From: Sedimentisphaerales bacterium
GTDB taxonomy: Bacteria > Planctomycetota > Phycisphaerae > Sedimentisphaerales > SM23-30
Reading direction: 5' to 3'
DNA length: 64,000 nucleotides
NCBI GenBank assembly: GCA_963663965.2
Contig: CAXXFK010000020.1
Location: 1 to 64,000 of the forward strand
Each line of letters opens with the position of its first letter. Position 1 is the first letter of the stretch. A program made the translations under genes and the position numbers. Below, piece after piece: positions 28,301 to 37,845 of this stretch. The notes beneath the pieces were generated by a model. That model had not been told where the DNA came from, did not search any database, and saw only the letters and a program-made list of their open reading frames with translations.

Positions 28301-31300
28301 ATCCCATAATCCCCATTCACATCTCATATTGAAACACTGCTTACGCAAGCGTTGATCATCAGGATAATACTGCAACAAAACAGTGTCCATTTTATCAGCC
28401 CGATCCGGATAATGACAGGCTAAAGCGCTATAACGCGCCAAATAACTTACACAATACACCCTGGGATTCAGATACATGTCCGGTTGAAGCCGTTGTTCCG
28501 CCTTTATTGTGGATAAATCATCACAAACCAGTGTCATCAGATGGTCGACCAGTTCGGATTCATTGCCTGTCATCACCGCAGTATGCAGCATTCCATTAAA
28601 AGCCGCCTCTCCATAAAACGTTAATTCATTGGCATGACCACCCACCTTGAGACGGGCGAACGGTCCACTTCCAGTGGAGGGATAATCATCGGAATAATCC
28701 GAAACGGCTTCAATCGAACCGGGGATTCGGCTCAATAAAAGAGTAACGGCATGGTGATACCGTTCATAGGCCTGACTGAACTGGGCTTGCTGTTCAAGCA
28801 GACTAGCACTTTGAAGCAACAATGAGACATCTTCGCGACGAGTGGCGAGCAGGTCTCTAATGATACGTTCAGCCTGAGCAGGATACCCGGCTTGCTCGTA
28901 GTATTCTGCCACGCGTCGCTGTATCATCATATAATCGGCATCCGTCGCCGCCCGATAGAAGAACCGTTCAGCGGCAACCAGATTACCCTGCTGAACCAGC
29001 GCCTCTCCCAGATCCAGGAACACTTGAGGGGGAACCTGATCACCTAACGCCAGTAAACACTGACCAAACTCTATTTGCTGTTCCGTCCGCCCGGTATTAT
29101 GACAAATATCCATCAACTCTCTAAGCATCGTAGAACGCCGCTGTCCGGCCGGGGCCAGAGCCAACTCAAGCAAACCAACCGTTTTATCTTTCTGATTCAA
29201 CGTGTCGAGCACATCAACAGCCAGTTGATATAGGAATACCTTTTCCGGGGAAATCGCCAAACGTCGATATATTTGCCGCAAACTGTAATTCAAGGCGGCA
29301 GGAGAGGCTTCCAGATTAAGCAGCCCATCTACCGCAATGGCAAACAAATCATCTGGCACTTCACTATCAAGTAATTTAAGAAAGCGCCCAACGGCCGGCT
29401 CTATCTGACCGGCCGCTTTCATGGATTTTGCCCACAACAACCAAGCTTCAACACGTTCTGGATATTTTTCCAATAGTTGATTGTAATACCGGGTTGCCTG
29501 CTCATGCAGTTCGAGCATACTTAATACGCCCGCAGAAAACTCTTCGACGACTTCATCGGCCTGGGGTAATTTATGCATCATTTCAATCGCTTGATACGCC
29601 TGGCGCGGTTGGCGTCGTTCAATCGCAATTACTGCCATTTGTTGAAGATAATCTATCGCATTGTCCGGATCTGTCTGAAGCAAATCCTGAAGCAAGGCGT
29701 AGGTTTGTCCAAAACGCATACAGGAAATATAGACTTGAACCAAGCGTTTCATGGTTTCAATGCGATTAACTCCCGGGCGTCGACCATAGGCAAATAAAAT
29801 TTCGGCAGCAGAAACCGGATCATCGATCCGGGTATAGATATCTACTAATAATTCCAATTCCTTGTTGTTGGCAGTGCCGTCATCAATTTTTTCTTCCAGC
29901 CCGATAGCCAGATCGGCCAGTTTGCCACTTCGCGCGGCAAGTTCCAGCACCCGCTGCCCTGCCTGCCGCAAACGTCCGGGCGAGTTAGTCTCTTGCCACA
30001 GTTTTAACCAGAATGGATAAGCCTGGTCAAACTGTCGCGTTTGTTCCAATAGCCATCCAATGCGTAGGAAGATATCTTCGGTCGGATCAGTATTCGCAAT
30101 CTTAAAATAAAGTTCCAGCGCCTGCGAGTAGTCACCAAATCGTTCAAAAGCCTCCGCCACCAACAATTGTGAGCGGGAAGCCGAATCAATCATTTTTATT
30201 TTTGCCAACAAGGCCAGCGCATAATCCGCCTGCCCGCGATCCCGAAAAAGAGTTGCCTTAAAAATGCCCGACCGTGTCTGATTCCAAAGATCATAACGAC
30301 CCGCCTTATCGGCTGCCTGCATGGCCAGGTCATCCAGGGATAATCGAGCCAGAAGATTCGCCATGGACAGCAACAGGCCCGGTTGGTCCATCTGAGCAAT
30401 TGTTTTAGTTACATAGGCTTTGACTTTGTCATTTTGTTCCAAATTAAGCCATAATCGAATCAGGGCGGCATAATAACTGGATTGGTCTGGATCTTTGTCA
30501 ATCATAGAAAGATAAAGTTCTTCGGCTCTAGACACATCTCCAGTTTCCAGTGCAGCTGCCAACAGATCATGTTGAAGAGTCTGGGGAATTTCTTCGTCGC
30601 TAAAACGGTCAATAAATTGCTCAAAAGTAGATAATACTTCATCGTTATGTTCTAATTCACGTAATATCGAGAATAGAACGATAAGGCGCTCATTTGATAA
30701 ATCCGGATCTTTTTTCCACTGATCCACCAAATCTGACAACTGGCCACTCTGACGAGCTGCCGCAACAATCCTTTCTAATGCGTAGTTCCGATCCCAACTG
30801 TGTATTGCACTTTTCTCCGCTGTTTGAAAAGCCTGTATTGCATCGGAATAATTCTTTTCATGTAAAAAATACAAACCCTGCCATAGATTTGTTAGATAAT
30901 TTTGCTCTTCACCTGACCGAACATAAGCCAGGGCAGCCGGTTCATCTTGATAAAATCCGGCAATACGGGCACACCACAGGCCGGCAGAAGTCTTGTCAGA
31001 ATCACAATCCAGGACTTGTTTGAGGCAAATTCTGGCATTATCAAAATCATCCTGACTATAATTAAGCATAGCAAGCCTTACATTGATTTCATGAAGAATC
31101 TCACTTCTGGATTCTACTTGAGCCAAACATTGATAGCTCTTAATAGCATCAATCAGCCGTCCCAGTTTTTCTTCCAGACGGGCTCGCAACCAGATGAATT
31201 CGGATTGATCTGAGGCACTTTTAGATACCACATCCAAGGCGGCATTCAGATCTCCTTTATCTTCAAGCAACCACGCAAATAAAAACGGTGTGGTTCGGGC

Positions 31301-34063
31301 TTCAGGATGCAACGTCATCTCATCTTGCATTTTCCTAAGTAAAGGTTCAATAGAACCATACTGAATACGGATCTGACCCGCCAGTGTTTCAATTGCCTTT
31401 TGCGCCTGATCCAGATCGTTTATCTGAAGTATTTTATCGACTTCTGCAATATAATTTAATTCCATCTTGTGATCGATCTGAGCCCAAGATGTCGCCGGCA
31501 CTAAAAACATAAAAGAAATAAGCAATAATCCGAGATTCAAAGAGGTTTTCGATTGGTTTGTCGGCCAGGGAATACGCCTTAGCAATACAGAGGCTAAAAG
31601 CAAGATCAAAGTAAGCACGGTTAACAGTGGCCATAATTCACGCGGTTGTCCCGGAATCCATGGATCATTATTCTTTCTGACAGCATGATTCATCCGTTCA
31701 ATTAATCCCAAATCAGGCGAAACCGCAAAGAGTTCATGAGCGGCCGGGATCATGATAGCCGCCTGTCCGGCAATGGAGGCGCCCTCTAATGCCGCCTGAA
31801 TTTCATAGGTATTTTCCAGGGGAAGATGAATCAGCGCAGACCACTGACCGGGCCGAATCGGTTCGATTGTTTGCTGACAAAGTGACCGGCCCGCTTCAAG
31901 AACGTTCAATTTCAAAGGGCAAGATGCGTATCCGGACTGAGTTGAAGCATTGTGAATATCAAGTGCCAGGCAGTCATTAATCCGCTCACCTGTTATTAAC
32001 AAGGCATGATTGAGGTCTGGTTTTTTTAAATCGCGTAGTACATTAGAAATTAACTTTTTGAAATCCGGTTGATTTGCCAGCGATTCAGTCCAGGAACCGG
32101 CAAGCTGTGAGGTAAATACCATTACACGCCCCAAACCATACTGCCAGCCAGCCAGTATCGGATGGTTCATACTGGAGGAAAGTATCGATTCACCAGTGGG
32201 TTTTATGGTCGTTTCGACATAACCATCAATGGCGCCGATGGCCTGCCAATCGATATCATTGACTAATGGGCCGGCTTGATTGACATGAATAGCCGTTGTT
32301 TGTTCTATAAATGGAGATAACAAAGAACTTTCCGGCTGTTTCACAATGATTTCAGGTAAATTGTATCGATCAGGCGCACAGTAAAACCGACCACGCCCCC
32401 ATTGGGCCAGGCTGGCTAAAAAGGAAGAGTGCGTATCAGGCCCCACCAGAACCGTAGACAGAACAATTCGTTTTTCAGTCATATTGCGAATCAGTGGTTC
32501 GAATTGCCCCGTTTCAACCCCACCATCGGTCAATACCAAAACATGTCGCGTTCGTGTATTCACGTTCTGCAAAGCATAATAAGCTTCTTCGATAGCCGGC
32601 AGAATCACCGTCCCCCCACCAGCGCTCAGGCGATTAAGCGCTCGCTGGATATCAATTGAGTTAGATGCCGGTTGGATGGGAGCCGCCCAACGTTTGGACC
32701 CGTAGAACTCGACGATTCCAACCTTGTCATGGGGCTTGAGACGGGCAATTGCGAGACGAGCCACTTCACGCGCCAGTTCGAAACGCGGCCCAATCATACT
32801 TCCGGAAGTATCAATAATAATCACCAATGTCGCGCTTGGATCTCGTCTTTGGCGAGTCTGACTGAAATCAACCGGCAGGACCTCCGCCAGTGGGGTTTGG
32901 TAATACCCGCCCGCACCCAACGATTGTTTACCACCCGTAACCAGCAAGCCCATTCCATTGGCAACGGCATTGTGTATCTGTTGCATTTCATCTTGCGAAA
33001 TCGCCTCAGCCGGCGTATCGGCAATAATCAGGATAGAATTATCCTGATCAGCAGCAGGAATGTCAGATATTGCTTGAACCGGTGTTATCCGATAAAAGGC
33101 ATCCAGCCAGTCATGCAATAATTCAGTGGCCGGCTGAAGAGGATTGGATTCCAAGACATAAACCGGATCGGGAGGATATACATGAACGGCATAAGAACAG
33201 GCATTGTTCGTTTGAATTGTATCAGTAGAACCGGTAATCAATATCTGAAATATTTCTGTCCCAGGTTCCGATAGTGGCAATGAAATTGGAACCTGCTGAA
33301 GACCCGAATGAAGTTCAATGGGATATTGATGAGCAACGGTCTGTTGATTAGAAATTGTTGCTAACACCGTTGTGTCCAAAGATGAGTCCACTTCGAGTAG
33401 CAACTGGACGGTTTCGCCTATCGCGGCTGATGTCGGGCCGATTACCGACCGCAAAATAATTTCATTGGCAAGGGGCTGACCGAACGGATAAACCGTCAAC
33501 CGAATATTGTTCGACAAACGTTGGATCTGGTGTAAAACCGAATTGGCCTTAACCCTGGCATCAGTAAATAGAAAAATGGCGCCATTGGAACAGCCATCAA
33601 CCAACGCTCCAGACAACCGCAACGCTTCGGTCAGATTGGTTGGTTCAGATTGTACAGTTTGTTCTATGGGGGGACGCAATGAGACGAGCCATTCCGGATC
33701 GGAAAGATCATAATCATCAGGATTGATATGGCTCGCCTGATGATTAAACAAAACCCACTGTAAATCCATACCCGACCATTCGGTATCGATTTTTTCGTTG
33801 ATTGTCAATGCCGCCTGGCGTAAGTCATCATCGGACAGACTGGGTGAAATATCAACAACTACAACCGCACGCGATGCGTCTGGGAGACTTTCAATAACCG
33901 GCCGGGCTAATGCCAGGATTAACAAAAACCAGAATAATGAACGCAAGGCAGCCATAACCACAAAGCGCAACGATTCTATGCGATGACGGTTGCGCCACTG
34001 GAAAAACAGCGCCGGTATTAATAGAAGCAGCAGCCAGAGACGATTAGGTGCGATAAAGAGCAT
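25364..34063 (-). CDS. Giant (2899 aa) BatA-like / vWA / glutamine-amidotransferase-like / vWA membrane protein fused to a long TPR region
   Basis: P..LWLLLLLIP...LALARP, DISPS and DTSGS MIDAS motifs, GLLVTGG...GGY..TPLAEVLPV, LTDG, WQYGLGRV, ELWP.L TM helix, then about 2000 aa of TPR-like helices. Confidence 0.9.
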   Translation of the reverse strand: MLFIAPNRLWLLLLLIPALFFQWRNRHRIESLRFVVMAALRSLFWFLLILALARPVIESLPDASRAVVVVDISPSLSDDDLRQAALTINEKIDTEWSGMDLQWVLFNHQASHINPDDYDLSDPEWLVSLRPPIEQTVQSEPTNLTEALRLSGALVDGCSNGAIFLFTDARVKANSVLHQIQRLSNNIRLTVYPFGQPLANEIILRSVIGPTSAAIGETVQLLLEVDSSLDTTVLATISNQQTVAHQYPIELHSGLQQVPISLPLSEPGTEIFQILITGSTDTIQTNNACSYAVHVYPPDPVYVLESNPLQPATELLHDWLDAFYRITPVQAISDIPAADQDNSILIIADTPAEAISQDEMQQIHNAVANGMGLLVTGGKQSLGAGGYYQTPLAEVLPVDFSQTRQRRDPSATLVIIIDTSGSMIGPRFELAREVARLAIARLKPHDKVGIVEFYGSKRWAAPIQPASNSIDIQRALNRLSAGGGTVILPAIEEAYYALQNVNTRTRHVLVLTDGGVETGQFEPLIRNMTEKRIVLSTVLVGPDTHSSFLASLAQWGRGRFYCAPDRYNLPEIIVKQPESSLLSPFIEQTTAIHVNQAGPLVNDIDWQAIGAIDGYVETTIKPTGESILSSSMNHPILAGWQYGLGRVMVFTSQLAGSWTESLANQPDFKKLISNVLRDLKKPDLNHALLITGERINDCLALDIHNASTQSGYASCPLKLNVLEAGRSLCQQTIEPIRPGQWSALIHLPLENTYEIQAALEGASIAGQAAIMIPAAHELFAVSPDLGLIERMNHAVRKNNDPWIPGQPRELWPLLTVLTLILLLASVLLRRIPWPTNQSKTSLNLGLLLISFMFLVPATSWAQIDHKMELNYIAEVDKILQINDLDQAQKAIETLAGQIRIQYGSIEPLLRKMQDEMTLHPEARTTPFLFAWLLEDKGDLNAALDVVSKSASDQSEFIWLRARLEEKLGRLIDAIKSYQCLAQVESRSEILHEINVRLAMLNYSQDDFDNARICLKQVLDCDSDKTSAGLWCARIAGFYQDEPAALAYVRSGEEQNYLTNLWQGLYFLHEKNYSDAIQAFQTAEKSAIHSWDRNYALERIVAAARQSGQLSDLVDQWKKDPDLSNERLIVLFSILRELEHNDEVLSTFEQFIDRFSDEEIPQTLQHDLLAAALETGDVSRAEELYLSMIDKDPDQSSYYAALIRLWLNLEQNDKVKAYVTKTIAQMDQPGLLLSMANLLARLSLDDLAMQAADKAGRYDLWNQTRSGIFKATLFRDRGQADYALALLAKIKMIDSASRSQLLVAEAFERFGDYSQALELYFKIANTDPTEDIFLRIGWLLEQTRQFDQAYPFWLKLWQETNSPGRLRQAGQRVLELAARSGKLADLAIGLEEKIDDGTANNKELELLVDIYTRIDDPVSAAEILFAYGRRPGVNRIETMKRLVQVYISCMRFGQTYALLQDLLQTDPDNAIDYLQQMAVIAIERRQPRQAYQAIEMMHKLPQADEVVEEFSAGVLSMLELHEQATRYYNQLLEKYPERVEAWLLWAKSMKAAGQIEPAVGRFLKLLDSEVPDDLFAIAVDGLLNLEASPAALNYSLRQIYRRLAISPEKVFLYQLAVDVLDTLNQKDKTVGLLELALAPAGQRRSTMLRELMDICHNTGRTEQQIEFGQCLLALGDQVPPQVFLDLGEALVQQGNLVAAERFFYRAATDADYMMIQRRVAEYYEQAGYPAQAERIIRDLLATRREDVSLLLQSASLLEQQAQFSQAYERYHHAVTLLLSRIPGSIEAVSDYSDDYPSTGSGPFARLKVGGHANELTFYGEAAFNGMLHTAVMTGNESELVDHLMTLVCDDLSTIKAEQRLQPDMYLNPRVYCVSYLARYSALACHYPDRADKMDTVLLQYYPDDQRLRKQCFNMRCEWGLWDRALSWPEQVDDIKITGWSAFVLLNDPARHEQFLNLDKRDPRQVVNCLPHLIVEGQDEMVIKLLDPNRIRLDQMSFREYPVMVAGALSLDHEELARVWLNHWLDYGQKNIARPESARQIEVAIRMLWGLASPAEKTGILDRVIQCADLAKPTMQVELDLLGIKLADLAGGNYSRQTRFARQVAEQKNARVAELCLAIEKTDSADRISLFHRMVQNQPPANQRSFILDLITTFDFPEEASFADEIVRAFQNAPRIKVPENQIYTRLRSRSSSHSWCTSPTWPKTGWRLAEILLQELPGSVSIQILAATARNNAGQPDQAYALAQEALESILAVPNPDFQVRAMLLDLVKILSPVQIDTLLQEWSDRREIEGDTAALAYATSIFLERIGKIPQARDACHDAFVLGTTNRAISRKLITLLDGSNAGADMIESFAQHLMQNGMMESLEWRNLTRFNVDLYRPLNALKAATHIESPLAPIDRIGIYYMMGRDDILTLTLRRFLIANRNEGKFYAPFWPWAVATNGMNGYFLEQENLPRARLRLFEGLAPLEFSPVEFQGLLVSAPPLRKDVEGIANGVVAAMRYHGRIAEVLKQLNEYRTQQALNLKDLGVLLQLMLQSPEAVSADLKSVVNRYRYQIDMTDTGAVELLGEVYRSIQDSQRAVNLYRWLVSIDMVSENEGIKFGKNEHLENYLSMVPAGQRPRLMTRYLALTQPLHYTEWSDSYDARRINLGLRIHADGDDFSQLDMLPKGLLKNRSAISLQRTQINLAHYYLSLNHLAEYQSTLRKLLSTTGDRVNFQDFLDLRSIFSDPVTVDQMQEGSDLMIEIIRDLIKDRVLSPYDAACILCLMVQRCSELAQAGLSERFFDLADALTSDSDGPWLWVADAARLIGKNQRADQIEMQMLKAKRLPVIRISPLLDRVETESGRESADILAYQAADYTDHPDILTRAQRQAQKLGNTQKMTDISSRLKESWFKFRPGYMQP

Positions 34064-34140
34064 AATTAATTCTAGCTATGAGTATTTATTAAATTACAGA
34101 TTTTTTCGAATATCACGAATATCATACGGTCGCGTATGAT

Positions 34141-35832
34141 TTATATTATTTTCCCACGCGAGGATAACCAGAGTTCAATCAAAAAGCCAATAAATGCCAG
34201 AATTAAAAACCATTCGAAAGGTTCTGATCGAACATGACCGGATGGTAGAGCTAAATCTGGCACTTCTGTTACAACCGGTCGATTCAACTTACTGATAATG
34301 CGATCACCGTTAACGGTTACTACAATTTCATCTTCTGCCAGACTTGTACTTGGGGAACTCGTATTCCGGCCAGTCAGGACCAGAGGAGTTTCCTGCCAAC
34401 CAGCCAGATACGCTATTGCCCGGTTCATAAAAACCACAAATTGAGCTTTACGCCAGAAGTTGGCGGAATCATGCAACAAACAGGAAGACAACAGGATACG
34501 GTTAAATCCCGCTATTGGGCCTGCGGCTGCCAGAATCTTATCTTTGGAGAATAATAGCGGCTGGCAATCGACCGGCAAGCGCCCAATCACAGTCCCCAAT
34601 CCGGCCTGGAGATCGGCTCTATCCAGACCTTCTGTGAGTAAAGTACTATCCGCAGAAATCTGGATCGGATTTATGTCATCAATTTGTGGGCCGGACAACG
34701 AGATAACCAAAGCCGGACAATCAGGTAAATCTGACGTTTCTTGAATAAAAGCAATATCAGACATCTCATGGGCTGAAACAATTGAAACTGCCGGGTGATT
34801 TTCCAAAAAGAGTTTAACCGGATAAGGAATTGCCGGATCCATCGCGATTCTAACAGGGTTTCGACGGGGTAAAACGAACACCAGCCGGTTATCATCAACC
34901 AGACCATCCGCCAGTTCAAGCCGGACATCGATCAATCCGCCATCGGCAGAAACCTGATCGACCGTATATGTGTCAATCCGGTTATCCTGGCATGATATCG
35001 GCTGTCGCAATAAAATCTGGGACTCTTTTTCAATAACAATATTCCCTGAAAGAGTTTTATCGCCCCAGAAACCTACTCGAACTGAAAATGCTCCCTGGCA
35101 GGGGTTGTCCGCATACGGATCAAATAAGGCCGCGATAATGCCCGCATTGTCGACAGGTTCTCCAACAGTTATTACTGAAATTTTCACCGGGCCATCAATT
35201 TTCAGATTATCTGGATAATTAAACGAAGTATCCGTCAATATGATAACGCCGGGACTCGGTTTATGCCGAACTAGCGTTAGCGCGAGTTGAAGAGCGTCAG
35301 CACATGCCGAAGGACAGTTTGACGGTTCCTGCTGGGCCAGTTGCCGGGCGCGCATTTTGAGAATGGCCGTCGGTTCATCAAAACGATGCAACAGTTGAGG
35401 CTGGGAATCGGCGGCAATCAAGGCAACAGAACTGCCAGTGGGAAGGTCATGAATGATTTTGTCAAGTTGCTCCATTGCCAAATCCATGCGGCGCTGTTTG
35501 CCATCCATCGTCAGTGCGTTCATTGTCAAACCCCGGTCAACAATAATCGCCAGATAATTTTGTTGATGTTGGGAGCCCGGCCACGAAACCCGAACAAGCG
35601 CCAGAATGAGAAGAATGGACAACGTCAAAAAAAACAGGAAGGTCAACAGATGATGAAATCGGCGCCAGAGCGTACGCGCCTGGGTTTCCTGATAGATTTG
35701 CTGCCAGAACAGAATCGTTACGACCCGGATTGGACGCGGCCGAACGTGCAACAGGTGCAACAAGTAAAGAATGGCACCGCTTAAACCCATCAGGATAAAC
35801 GCAGTAAACCAGGATATTCCGTTAAATTGCAA
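34141..35832 (-). CDS. BatA/vWA domain membrane protein
   Basis: LYLLHLL...V.TILFW BatA N-terminus, degenerate MIDAS DRGLT, IILTD, DGLVDDN, C-terminal TM with EL..WL; TTG start with AAGGAG RBS. Confidence 0.87.
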   Translation of the reverse strand: MQFNGISWFTAFILMGLSGAILYLLHLLHVRPRPIRVVTILFWQQIYQETQARTLWRRFHHLLTFLFFLTLSILLILALVRVSWPGSQHQQNYLAIIVDRGLTMNALTMDGKQRRMDLAMEQLDKIIHDLPTGSSVALIAADSQPQLLHRFDEPTAILKMRARQLAQQEPSNCPSACADALQLALTLVRHKPSPGVIILTDTSFNYPDNLKIDGPVKISVITVGEPVDNAGIIAALFDPYADNPCQGAFSVRVGFWGDKTLSGNIVIEKESQILLRQPISCQDNRIDTYTVDQVSADGGLIDVRLELADGLVDDNRLVFVLPRRNPVRIAMDPAIPYPVKLFLENHPAVSIVSAHEMSDIAFIQETSDLPDCPALVISLSGPQIDDINPIQISADSTLLTEGLDRADLQAGLGTVIGRLPVDCQPLLFSKDKILAAAGPIAGFNRILLSSCLLHDSANFWRKAQFVVFMNRAIAYLAGWQETPLVLTGRNTSSPSTSLAEDEIVVTVNGDRIISKLNRPVVTEVPDLALPSGHVRSEPFEWFLILAFIGFLIELWLSSRGKII

Positions 35833-35841
35833 AGAGACTCC

Positions 35842-36720
35842 TTACATGACTAATACGCCATTAATAAATAATTCTCTGAGCTGCTCGAGTACTGGACGCT
35901 CAACGGCAAGAGGTAAATAAACTCCACCGGATTTAACACTAAAATCATGTAACAGGGAACAATGTTTCTGCCAGGCATGACGATAACGTTGCAGGATCGC
36001 CGGTGTTATGGCCATCTCAACATAATTGTTAGTTTCGCAATCAAGTAAACGCACTTCTCCTTCGAAAGCCGGATTTGCATCAGCAGGATGAATCGTTTGG
36101 ACAACGACTATTTTGTGTCGTAAACCGCTCATAGCTTTTATCACCTTCTCAATTCCTTCAGGATCAAAAAAATCTGAAACAATCATAACTAATCCGCTTC
36201 GCAACTTCATGAGTCCAAAGCGGATCAGAGCCTCTGTCAGATTGGTATTACCAGATATTGGAAGATTGGAGAGAAAACGCAAGGCCTGATATAAACCACT
36301 GCGGCCGCTCAGAGCAGTCAGGGGGCATCCCAACTGTTCTCCAAAGGGATAAATACTAACACGATCCATTTGATTCAAACTGACGGCCGTCAACGCCGCG
36401 GCAATTTGTCGGGCCGCCCGCTCGCGCGAAGGCAGATCGAATTTCATTGACTGGCTGGTATCGATCAAAATATAGACAGGAACATCCTCACGTTCTTCAT
36501 AAAGTCGAACAAACAACTCGCCGCTTCTGCGATAAAGATTCCAATCGATACGGCGAATATCGTCTCCTACACGGTAGGACCGAAAATCCTGAAATTCCAA
36601 ACCGCCTCCCCGGTCACGACTGGGATGCTCGGCATGACGCCCCCCCGTAGCAACCTGACGCAACGTCAATCGCAGGCTTTGCAAGGACTCAATAAATTCA
36701 CCTGAAAATAACTCGTTCAT
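35842..36720 (-). CDS. DUF58 family protein
   Basis: GLEFQDFRSY..GDDIRRIDWN, LIDTSQSM, VSDF. Confidence 0.93.
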   Translation of the reverse strand: MNELFSGEFIESLQSLRLTLRQVATGGRHAEHPSRDRGGGLEFQDFRSYRVGDDIRRIDWNLYRRSGELFVRLYEEREDVPVYILIDTSQSMKFDLPSRERAARQIAAALTAVSLNQMDRVSIYPFGEQLGCPLTALSGRSGLYQALRFLSNLPISGNTNLTEALIRFGLMKLRSGLVMIVSDFFDPEGIEKVIKAMSGLRHKIVVVQTIHPADANPAFEGEVRLLDCETNNYVEMAITPAILQRYRHAWQKHCSLLHDFSVKSGGVYLPLAVERPVLEQLRELFINGVLVM

Positions 36721-37727
36721 CAGCAGGTTAATTCCTTAATTGTATTGATCGCTTTTCGAATCAGATCATCCGGTCGCACATGGCGGGCATGACCTTCAAA
36801 ATTGAGCAAAAGACGATGACGCAGAACAGGCAAGGCGGCCGCCCGCACATCGTCACAGGAAATGGCAAATCGTCCCTGGAGCAGGGCGCGTACTTTTGCC
36901 ATCAACAATAAGGCCTGAGCGCCTCGCGGACTGGAGCCCAGAGCAACAGACTGATTGATTTCCTCAGGCGCTGTTTCAGAACCAGGCTGGGTGGCACGAA
37001 CTAAACGAATAGCATAAGTGCACACCTGTTCACTGGCTTCAACCTGCCGAACTATTTGTCTAAAATGCAAAATTTCTTCTGCATTGGTAACGGATTGAAT
37101 TTCTGGAAGACTGGATCCAGTTGTTCGCTGAAGAATCTGGTGATAATCGGATTCCATGGGATAATCGACCAGCAATTTAACCAGAAAACGGTCCAATTGC
37201 GCTTCGGGGAGCGGATAGGTGCCCTCCTGTTCCACGGGATTCTGAGTGGCAATAACAAGAAAAGGCTGGGGCAGTTGGATTGTATGATTCGCAACCGTAA
37301 CCTGATACTCCTGCATGGCTTCTAAAAGCGCCGATTGGGTTTTAGGGGTTGCCCGGTTGATTTCGTCGGCGAGAATAAAATTGGCAACAATCGGACCATG
37401 CTGAAATTGTAGTTCATGGCCGCCACTTTCTTTTTCGACCAGAATCATCGTTCCAGTAATATCCGAGGGCATCAGGTCGGGGGTAAACTGGATTCGAGAA
37501 AAATCCAGTCGCAAAGCGGAAGCCAGCGTGCGGGCCAGCAGTGTTTTGCCAATGCCTGGCACGCCTTCAAGCAAGACATGGCCCCCACAAAACAGTACCG
37601 ATAATACATGATCGACCAATTCATCCTGTCCAACAAAAATTTTGTGAATCTCTGTTTTGATTCGGCCGAATACTTCGCTAAACAGTTCGGCCATCTGCTG
37701 GGCCGTCATGTTATTCGATTTTTCCAT
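36720..37727 (-). CDS. moxR: MoxR family AAA+ ATPase
   Basis: GHVLLEGVPGIGKT, RIQFTPDLMPSDITG, ADEINRATPKTQSALLEAM, ATQNPVEQEGTYPLPEAQLDRF; start set at MEKSNN with AAGGA RBS. Confidence 0.95.
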   Translation of the reverse strand: MEKSNNMTAQQMAELFSEVFGRIKTEIHKIFVGQDELVDHVLSVLFCGGHVLLEGVPGIGKTLLARTLASALRLDFSRIQFTPDLMPSDITGTMILVEKESGGHELQFQHGPIVANFILADEINRATPKTQSALLEAMQEYQVTVANHTIQLPQPFLVIATQNPVEQEGTYPLPEAQLDRFLVKLLVDYPMESDYHQILQRTTGSSLPEIQSVTNAEEILHFRQIVRQVEASEQVCTYAIRLVRATQPGSETAPEEINQSVALGSSPRGAQALLLMAKVRALLQGRFAISCDDVRAAALPVLRHRLLLNFEGHARHVRPDDLIRKAINTIKELTC

Positions 37728-37845
37728 GCGTAATTCCTTAGAATCTTTCAAGTCGATCAAATCCAACTTGATAAGGCCAGATTGATACATCTATTACGTA
37801 TTGCCAGTATTCCCGCCAGTAGGCGGGCGAACAAATTATTCATCT

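Noticed and set aside
28508..28516. DnaA box TGTGGATAA as evidence for oriC at the skew switch
   Set aside because: Single copy inside a CDS; no box cluster or dnaA/dnaN genes seen.
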